A stretch of 63,090 nt of DNA, the filler included, from Cercozoa sp. M6MM (lineage: Eukaryota > Protista > Endomyxa: Ascetosporea): the NCBI GenBank assembly GCA_040357565.1. It is 12 parts of 12 records of this genome, joined end to end, with 100 filler letters (N's around TTAATTAATTAA, not from the genome) between each part and the next. Parts side by side here need not be neighbours in the genome. Positions count along the whole stretch, not along the records: positions 55,220 to 57,422 come from JBDODJ010001820.1; positions 57,523 to 61,888 come from JBDODJ010001160.1; positions 61,989 to 63,090 come from JBDODJ010002174.1; 9 more parts are not named here. One strand, given 5' to 3'. Shown here in pieces: positions 55,265 through 63,090 of the stretch. Numbering within the stretch: position 1 is the first letter of the stretch; the number at the start of each line of letters is the position of its first letter. Below the pieces are notes generated by a model, which worked only from the letters and a program-made list of their open reading frames with translations, was not told where the DNA came from and made no database searches. The translations under genes and the position numbers were made by a program.

Positions 55265-55293
55265 CTGCCTTGTATCGGTGTGGTTTGTGTACA

Positions 55294-55587
55294 GCCATGG
55301 TGGACTTGCGACACCTGCTGTCGGAGCAGAGCGAAGCAGGCGAAATGGCGCTGTGGCGCCGCCTGCTCGACGAGTGCAACATCAATCTGACTCCAGGCAC
55401 CGTCTCATGTCACTGCAGCACGCCTGGCTTCTTCCGCATGTACCATACCTCTGCTGCTTGTTGTAGACTTTATTGGTGTCTCGTGTGTGGCAACATGACT
55501 TTGTCAAACAGGTGCTTTGCCGCTGTGAGCGACGCTACATTCGACGAAGGCATGCGCCGTCTGCAAACTTTCATGGCCGCGAACTGA
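55294..55587 (+). CDS. C-terminus of an ACC-synthase-like class I PLP aminotransferase
   Basis: VDLRHLL...EMALWRRLLDECNINLTPG..CHCSTPGFFRM|CFA...GMRRL, the characteristic ACS-family C-terminal pattern. Confidence 0.8.
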   Translation, partial: AMVDLRHLLSEQSEAGEMALWRRLLDECNINLTPGTVSCHCSTPGFFRMYHTSAACCRLYWCLVCGNMTLSNRCFAAVSDATFDEGMRRLQTFMAAN

Positions 55588-55849
55588 TTGATTTCCTGGC
55601 TCCGCTTGCTATTAACCTTTTTCCGTTTCTATTAAACGCCAAACCCGCATTTAAACCTCTAAATAGCCCGCGCGAAGACGACAGTCGAGCGGAAAAGGCA
55701 AAAACAGATTGTAGCCACTTGTGGGCTTGCTGCGATTGTTTTTTGCATTTTGCGTTATTGGGGCATCGCGATCGCGTTCACTTCCGTGCAGAGCGCTTGC
55801 TGCAGAGCATTTAGTGGCTTGGCACGGTCGAATTGCCCGTCATTCGGTC

Positions 55850-57220
55850 ATGGTATCAATGGATCCAGTGTTGTTGTTGTTTTTTGTTTGGGAAACGTTG
55901 CCCCTGTAGACGTGGCTGGACCGTGCGCGGCGCGCGACAATGTCGGACTCGCGCACGAATCGCTTCACACTGCGATTCATGGACCCGGTGAGAGAGAATC
56001 ATTCAGTTTCGCGAGCTTGCTTTTTCTAACTGTGATATGCTTTCAGTGGCTCGAGAGGAGGTTTCTGGCGCACGTGAGCCAGTTTTCTTTCATGCAAGGT
56101 ACGAAAGCCTTTATTCACTCATTGGTTTTGCTAAAGGGCAATTTCTACAGTCTCGAGCATCCTGTTGCTGATCTGCTGCGTTCTCGTGGTTGGCGCCTTT
56201 ATGTTCGACGTAAACTGACTTCAAGATCAACTGAATCAGAGTGGGTTGCTAGAACTACCGTATGTCTTGCAGGTCGGCTTTTCGGAAGGCTCGGATGTTC
56301 TCTTTGCGACCGAGGGGGCCGAGTATCTTGAATTAAATGGAAAGATAAGCTCTCACTTTTTTGCAAACACGCTTGTTCGCGCAGACTCAAGATAAGGAGA
56401 TTGCACCCCAAGCCCGGACTTCTGCTTTACTTTCCGTTCTCACTGCTCATGATGATAGCAGGCATTCTTTTTTTCCTGAGTGATCGGGTCTCGCTTCCGC
56501 GCGTCCGGTAAAAAACTGAAAATCGCCAAGAGTTAAAAAAGAAACTCGAGGTGAAAGCGTGTGATCTGCAGGAAATGGGCGTCGGCGGTGTTTTTTGGTG
56601 CCATTCTTGTGACGGTACCTTGTGTTAAAGTGTCGAAGCTGTTGCTTGGACTTGAGTGATCCGCGCGGATGTGTTGTAGCCCTCGATCGGCGTGCTGATG
56701 ATCCCGATGAACAAGGTGGAACTGCACGAGTGTCAGACGGTGCCGCTGTCACTCACAACGGTTGACCCGTTGATGTTCGACGTGCCAGATGCGATGCCGA
56801 GCGTGCCGCCGTCGCTTGTAGAAGACGTGTTCGCGCAGTGCATGGGCAACGGTAGAGCTTTACCCCCTACCCGCTCTTGCCTCGTTTCACCCCTTTCACC
56901 CACTTTCACCCCACTTTCACCACCTTTTACCCCCCTTTACCCCCTCCAGGCACGTGCACACCGAACTCGCGTTTGACGTGCGAACAGACGAGTGGAACAT
57001 TGGCGCTGATGATGCATACCTACGCCTTCCGCCGGGAGGAGGTAGTGAGCCATCGCTAGTGACCCTTGACTAGTGAGCCTTGACTCGTGAGCACGTGGGT
57101 TGACACGTGCCAACGGTGAGTGCAGGACCGTGCGCGACGTGTGCACTCGCGCAGTGTGTTCATCGCGACGGCGACGCTGTTGTTGGGCCGCGTGCGCTTT
57201 CCCGTGCTGCTGATGCTGTA
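55850..57220 (+). CDS. N-terminal part of a multi-pass membrane protein, truncated at the gap
   Basis: Exons RTNRFTLRFMDP|WLERRFLAHV, SILLLICCVLVVGAFMFD, KWASAVFFGAILVT, SVFIATATLLLGRVRF. Confidence 0.45.
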
Positions 57221-57221
57221 G

Positions 57222-57421
57222 CTTTACCCCCCTGTTTACCCCCCCCTTTTACCTCCCTGTTTACCCCCCTGCTTACCCCCCTGCTTACCCCCCCTGTTTA
57301 CCCCCCTGTTCACCCCCCTGTTCACCCCCCTGTTCACCCCTGTTTACCCCCTGTATACCCCCTGTTTACCCCCTGTTTACCCCCTTGGTTATCTCCTGTT
57401 TACCCCCTGTTTACCCCCCTG
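57222..57421 (+). repeat. Intronic C-rich minisatellite (CCCCCCTGTTTA)n
   Basis: Direct reading; the same motif family occurs at 33470-33640 and in many other introns. Confidence 0.9.
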
Positions 57422-57522
57422 CNNNNNNNNNNNNNNNNNNNNNNNNNNNNNNNNNNNNNNNNNNNNTTAATTAATTAANNNNNNNNNNNNNNNNNNNNNN
57501 NNNNNNNNNNNNNNNNNNNNNN

Positions 57523-58927
57523 GAGCAGAAGCGACAGAACTAATCAATCACTACGCTAAAGAGAGCACACTGTGTCTACAAACTGACACCACACCAATTT
57601 CCGCTTGGAGAAGAGCAGCCACAAACCGCAAGATCACCGACGCTGAACTGAGCGAAATACCACATAGAAGGAGAAAGATTCTCGGAAGGATCATCAAGAC
57701 AGTGAACAGACCCAGAGAACACGAGACATGGTCAATATGAAAAACGGATGCTGAACACCAAAGAAAAAGGAGAAACCCGTATCGCACTCCTGATTGACAA
57801 AGGAACAATCTTGCACCTGACAACACCCCAAAAAACAGAGATGGATGAGATTGATGCACAACTGAAGGAATTAACAAAGGACATGCACATCACGGTACAC
57901 TGGGTACCATCACACATCGACATTCACCTCAACGAACTAGCAGACAAAGAAGCAAAGAAAGGAAGGAACAACCACAACAGGAGAAACTGGATCAAAATAA
58001 ACAAAGACCACAAGAAACTGAAAAAGCAGACCCGAAACAGCAAAAACAATGAACCGCAACACCCTCTCAGAAGGGCCAGAGTCAGAGCTCTACGAAAAAC
58101 ACACGTCAGAAACCCCTGGAAACATATCAGGAACTCAAACAAACTACTCAGAATCGCCAAAGAGCGCAAACTCAGCATCGCAGACATCCGCACACTCTCA
58201 AGATTCCTCTGCAACAGACTTGGAAGCTTCAAGTACTACAACTACGCCCAAATACCGCGAAAGTGCAATGAATGCAAAGCCAGAGGCAGACTCAGGACTC
58301 CCAACTGCAAGGGATGCAAACAACGACTACAAAAGCGCGAAGTAAGCGAGTGCCCCGACTGCGCAGGTACCTGGGAAATGCAGAAGACACTCTCGACACG
58401 TACCACCGATTGCTGGAATGCAAAGTAACGGAAGCTATCAGACACAACACCAATGCGGCCCAATGGCGCACAATTGAAGACATACTGGCCAACCCTGAGA
58501 ACCTAGCAACACTCAACAGAATGCACCAAGGCACCAAGATCTCCTGGGACGAGGAAGCAACTGTCGAAGGACAACCAGCCTCCCAGCAGGTAATGGACCG
58601 AGAGGTCCCCGACATAGACTAGGCCACCACTCACAGCAGTGGTGGCCCCAAGTCTATGTCTGATTGCTTGCTTCGTTATCGAGTGGAGAGGCGGGAGGAC
58701 GACGACGGGACGACCGACACCGCCTGCGACGCCTCTCTACTTGTAGCCCGCTACCTGCACCAACCATGAAGTCGACTTCGGTGTCTGGGGAACGTCAAAA
58801 GGGGAGTTGTATGGTCCTACCCTAAGCGGGCGGTAGACACGGCCATGCTCTTGTGACCCACCCCAGACTGGTGCAGGGGAACTAAATTTACATAGTTGGT
58901 TTCCGAGAAGACTCAACTATCTAACTA
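57523..58927 (+). mobile_element. 3' end of an RNase H-containing non-LTR retrotransposon (LINE), frameshifted; 5' part lost at the gap
   Basis: Intronless and A-rich. RNase H C-terminal motif ITVHWVPSHIDIHLNELADKEAK, LSRFLCNRLG, a CCHC knuckle CPDC...EDTLDTYHRLLEC across a frameshift near 58368, stop at 58620-58622, structured 3' UTR and NCTA tail. Confidence 0.88.
58611..58927 (+). ncRNA. Structured cis-acting RNA module (multi-helix with pseudoknot) forming the LINE 3' UTR
   Basis: Helices read directly: 58611-20/58651-60, 58622-30/58639-47, 58680-93/58730-43, 58754-62/58869-77, 58783-90/58861-68, 58809-16/58841-48, 58817-21/58832-36, 58892-98/58914-20; pseudoknot 58746-52/58825-31. Conserved in a second copy. 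Confidence 0.75.
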
Positions 58928-59338
58928 GCAAGCAACAACTCCAAAAGCCAAAACCAATGCAACGACTAGCATACTGCGGTTCAATTGACTTCATTCGGTA
59001 TTTAGCTAGCGTATCGTAATAGACGACTTGGGCATTTATGACTGCGTATTGTAAGTAGCACACTCTCACTTAATGTTGTTTGCTTATCGCTCGTGCACGT
59101 GCCGACGTCAAGCCATACCCACACTGCCGAAAACTGGGTTTAGGAAAGAAACTCAACTTGAGCCAGCGCCAGTCGTTATTCTAGTTGACCTTGTTTTGAC
59201 ATTCACAGGTAGGCTCGACACCGAGCGAGTTTTGCATGTCACAGCAGGCGAGCCAATACTCTCGAGTTTTGGAAATTTACCTAAACTGACAGATATACTG
59301 TCTGTGACAGCAAACACGACTCAAAACTCGCCAAAACA

Positions 59339-60923
59339 ATGCGCTTCCTGATCCACGTGCTTCTGTTGATCTCGTGCGTCGGCGTGCTATCGACGCAGCC
59401 TGCTGCTCCAGCGGCAGCTCCCCAAGTGGGAGCACCGCCAGCTCCAACACCTCAGCCGCAACCTGGCCTCTTTAGTCGAATGCGCAGTACCGTGTCCAGC
59501 GCCATCGCAGGCGTACAAGCCTGGCGGTACCGTAACACCGTCAGAGAAGCTGCCGTACGTGCCCATGTCACCGAGCTCCTTGGTCAAGGCGCCCACATTC
59601 GACGGTGGGACAGCAGTCGCACTCAGACTCTGCCGGAGTACCAGAGTCACCAATACGAGCAGTTCCTTCGGCCTGACTTTGCGAATGAAGTCAACACAGA
59701 AGCAGGTCAGCAAACTGCATGTTGGCATTGGGTGCTATGCATCTTCTTGTAAATATACTACCCCGCGTGTTACAGACAAACGCGTGCGAACAGAAGTCGA
59801 GCGAGCCTTCAACAACGCAGTGCATGAGGCGGCACCACAACTTGCAGGTACTGTGAAAGTATCGTGCAGCCTTAAAGAAGGGCAACTGTGCATCTGGAAA
59901 GTGCAGAAAAGTTATGGACCGACCCTCGTGCGGCGTGGGATTCCCAAAATACGCGGCAGTTGCAAACGTACCAGCATTGGACGCAGCAACACGCTCCCGA
60001 ATGGCTGCAACCTCTGCTTGATGAAACCACCTTTAACGACAGAGTCAAGCAGCGAGCTCGTACTGCCTTTCACTACCTAGGGTACTGTACTATAGTGCAT
60101 GCAATATAGTGGAGCTTGTTCAAGACAAGATTGCGACCAAAAAGAAGGAAGCGGTTAAAGAAGCCAGTGAGCGGCACTTGGGTATTCGAGCCAGATAGGG
60201 AAGTCACAACTACGATCAATGCCCTTTTACTGTAGAGCCCATACTTAAAAACAAGGACGCCGCTTGGACTCAGCAGGACACCGAACACTTGGACTCGTTC
60301 TCGAACTTCAACGGTCACGAGACCTGGAAACAGCAGGTATTTGACAACTTCGAACAGGCCGTGCGCGAAAAAACTGGTGCGGCTATCTATAAAACAACTG
60401 TATGTAGTCCCTTGCACAATAACTCAGTTAATAAATGCAGTGCGCGTGGTTAAACGCAAGGTGAACAGCGACGACTTCTTTCGCCTTGCTGTCACTCAGG
60501 CTTCGGGCATGCGCTTGGATACTGATCACCGTTGGAATAATGAGGACACTCGACAACTCCCAGTGTACCGCCACTGCGGTGGCGACAAGCGCTGGCTAGA
60601 GGAGTCGCGTCTCATGACGCCTGAGTTCAATGAGGCTGTCGAAACTGCTGCAGGTACAGTACTGTGCTCTGGCTTTACTCAAGGAAACTTGTGCCAGTGT
60701 GTCAGTGTTCTGTGACGGGAACCAAAACACTGTATATTCAGGACAACTCGCAACGGGTCTGCTGTCGTCGCTGTCCTACGGGGCAGAAACCCTTGCGCGC
60801 CAAGGACTCACCCAAAGCGCCTCGTCGACCAGTAGCAGTCTTGGTGGCGAACCAACGCGCGTCTACTTTGAAACCGCCGAGCCCAGTGTACCCGAGCAGA
60901 CTCCGACCGCCGGCTTAGGCTAG
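59339..60923 (+). CDS. Secreted tandem-repeat protein (399 aa, 7 exons), candidate effector or surface protein
   Basis: Signal peptide MRFLIHVLLLISCVGVLS, Pro/Ala linker, four W-x4-T-x2-L-x2-[YF]...F-x3-V repeats. Exons 59339-59705, 59776-59847, 59907-60059, 60110-60181, 60236-60376, 60441-60653, 60742-60923 sum to 1200 nt with an open frame. Confidence 0.85.
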
Positions 60924-61599
60924 TAGTCGGAACCACCGAACGTCTTCCGGATGGCTGCACTAGCACCATTGAAACTGAACCCTCCGTCAGAAGCATACTA
61001 AGCCCACCGCAGCTCCGAGTATTTGAATCGCAGGACTGCCGAAACTGAAAACTGTCGTGAAACTGACACTGAAATTGAAACTGAAACTTGCGGTAGTTCA
61101 TGTGGTAGTTCATGCGCTGGATAGACCGAGCTTTGCAAGAAATGGGAGAAATTTGCTTTGCTTTCATAGTACTTCTCGATTAGCTCTTCGCATAGACATA
61201 CCGCGCTATTGTTGCCGCTTTTGCATCTTGTCGTTTATACTAGTGGGTAGGCTATTTGCGTGCCAAGCAGGACATTTAACTAAACTGACAGATAACGTAC
61301 GGTTCCTGAAAGAAATTACCCCAACTTGACTAAGTTCTTACGTCAAACTAGACGGAGTTGTCGACGAATCTTCCGGCACTGAACAGGCCCTCAAACACAT
61401 CCAGTCACAGCCCTGTAGGCAGACTACGGTAACGTACGGTAGAGCCACAAACTCTTATCTCTTCTTTCTCTTTTGCTTGACGTGAATGATGGTAGGATAG
61501 TCTGAGACATTCTTTACACGTACGCGAGGAAAAACGAAACAAGAAACACTCAAATTTAATCTTCAGTTTGACGAACGAACGGAAACCGGAGCAAGCTTT

Positions 61600-61840
61600 A
61601 ACTTAATGAGGCGGACACGGGACAGCAAGCCACTGCGACAGACCGCGCCACTTGCGCCAGAGGTTCGCCGGCGAGAGCTTACAGCATCGACAGCAACTTG
61701 GGCTGCTCCTGCACAAATGAGCGTACACACAAGTGTCCTGGGAGGACATCCCGGTAGGGACAGGCAAAAAAGTACCTTGGTGGCAGCGGGAGCGTTGGCC
61801 TTGTGCTGCAGGTAGTCGAGTGCGGCCTATCCTCACCGAG
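61600..61840 (-). CDS. Exon fragments of a hypothetical protein next to the linker
   Basis: GC-rich segments bounded by AG/GT (AALDYLQHKANAPAATK|); downstream frame unresolved. Confidence 0.3.
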
Positions 61841-62339
61841 TGATGAGACCACACACACACGCACACACACTGGCACAGGGGGGGGGGGNNNNNNNNNNNN
61901 NNNNNNNNNNNNNNNNNNNNNNNNNNNNNNNNTTAATTAATTAANNNNNNNNNNNNNNNNNNNNNNNNNNNNNNNNNNNNNNNNNNNNCCCCCCCCCCCC
62001 CCAGCCAATTAAAAGATCCAGAAAAACCAAACAATGATCATGGATTGGAAACGTTAAGAACCACGTAATTAACTTCACGTACCGTCACGCGGCTTGTAGT
62101 GCCACTTAACATGGACAGAAATGACGATCGATTCTGTGAAAAAATGCCACGCTGTCACGCCCGCGTTCACCGCTCTGGTGCCCGTCTTTTAGTGCAAACA
62201 CCAATGTGAGTACACCAGGTGCCACACAAAACGTCAAACAAATAGATTTGAGTCGATCTTGATCAGAAGGACTCAAAATTATTATTACAGCAGCGGTGGG
62301 CGGCAAGATTTAAGCCTTCGTGCACTAGAACAGAGTGTA

Positions 62340-63090
62340 ATGCTACCACAGGCACAAAATGTCGTGCGTACGCCGGGTTTTATGGGCCAGGCCGTGGAGT
62401 GGTCGATGTTCGAGCCGGGTGTCGTTGCTGTGGCGGCGTCGCAGCACTTTGGCATTGTCGGGAATGGCCGTTTGTTCATTTTAAGATACTCGCCATCGGT
62501 AAAGCTTCAAATCAAATGGTCTAACGTTGCTCAGTTCGTGTTATCGTCGGAGATATGTGGCAGGGAACACGTATCGAGCGGCATTTCGACACCAACAATG
62601 CCGTAGGCAGCTCTAGCGACCTGTCGGGGCGGGTGTGACTCAAGTGAAACAGTGTGTGTGTTTAGTGCTTTGACGTTGCGTGGAACGAGCAGCGGCGAAC
62701 GCAGTTAGTTGCAGCCTGTGGCGACGGTTCCTTGCGTCTATTCGACACCAAGGTATCTGGGGGGAATAGGGGGCTAAAGGGGTAAAGGGGGATAAATGGA
62801 GAGGTAACGGAGGAGGGTGGGGTTAATAGGGGTAAAGAGAAGAGGTAAGGGGTAAACGGAGTTATGTGAGGGCAGAGCCAGGAGACAAGGCCACTGGTGG
62901 CATATTCAGAACACGCGGCGGAAGTGACGTCGGTGGCATGGAACACACGGCGACAGGAGCGTTTCGCCAGTGCCTCCTGGGACACCACCGTCAAGCTATG
63001 GACCACTGGACGGCCACACTCGTTTCAGACACTTGTTGGACACGACGACTGCATTCATGAGGTCGCCTGGCTTACGGCTGGTAGGGCTTT
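62340..63090 (+). CDS. PEX7: Peroxisomal PTS2 receptor PEX7 (runs off the right edge)
   Basis: RTPGFMGQAVEWSMF...AASQHFGIVGNGRLFIL; CFDVAWNE...LVAACGDGSLRLFD; EHAAEVTSVAWN...FASASWDTTVKLW. Confidence 0.95.

Noticed and set aside
57748-58927. Fanzor/TnpB with omegaRNA (zinc finger ORF overlapping a structured 3' RNA)
   Set aside because: The protein has the retroelement RNase H motif WVPSH...NELAD..AK and a CCHC knuckle, with no RuvC motifs, and the element ends in a tandem tail typical of LINEs.
61293-61312. Group II intron domain V-like ACGTACGGTTC
   Set aside because: The 5' half (GAGCCG...GAAA) and the hairpin are absent.

Overview
Eukaryotic nuclear DNA from an intron-dense protist. The gamma-carbonic-anhydrase complex I subunit points to a non-opisthokont; the exact lineage cannot be fixed from this window. 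The genetic code looks standard, and introns are short GT-AG introns with very degenerate donors. The window is a draft assembly: 11 artificial N-TTAATTAATTAA-N linkers join contigs that break at poly-G/C or (GT)n tracts, so adjacency across linkers is unreliable. Genes were reconstructed by eye from exons, so boundaries are approximate. Recognisable genes: EFL1, LYAR, SMC6 (N-terminus), an IF1-like ATP synthase inhibitor, an ENT transporter, G-protein gamma, gamma-CA, a MATE transporter, V-ATPase G, WBP2-like, NLE1, an ACC-synthase-like aminotransferase, PEX7, a CRT10-like propeller, an HSP20-domain protein, a PPR-like mitochondrial protein and several hypotheticals. Three observations stand out. 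(1) An RNase H-bearing non-LTR retrotransposon 3' end carries a ~320-nt multi-helix, pseudoknotted RNA module (58611-58927), and a second diverged copy (minus strand, 14713-15110) conserves that module with compensatory base changes. (2) A secreted 399-aa protein (59339-60923) is built from four copies of an unrecognised W..T..L..Y/F..F..V helical repeat, each ending at an identically placed phase-1 intron. (3) A Cys-rich surface-type protein carries an ALK/LTK-like glycine-rich domain.
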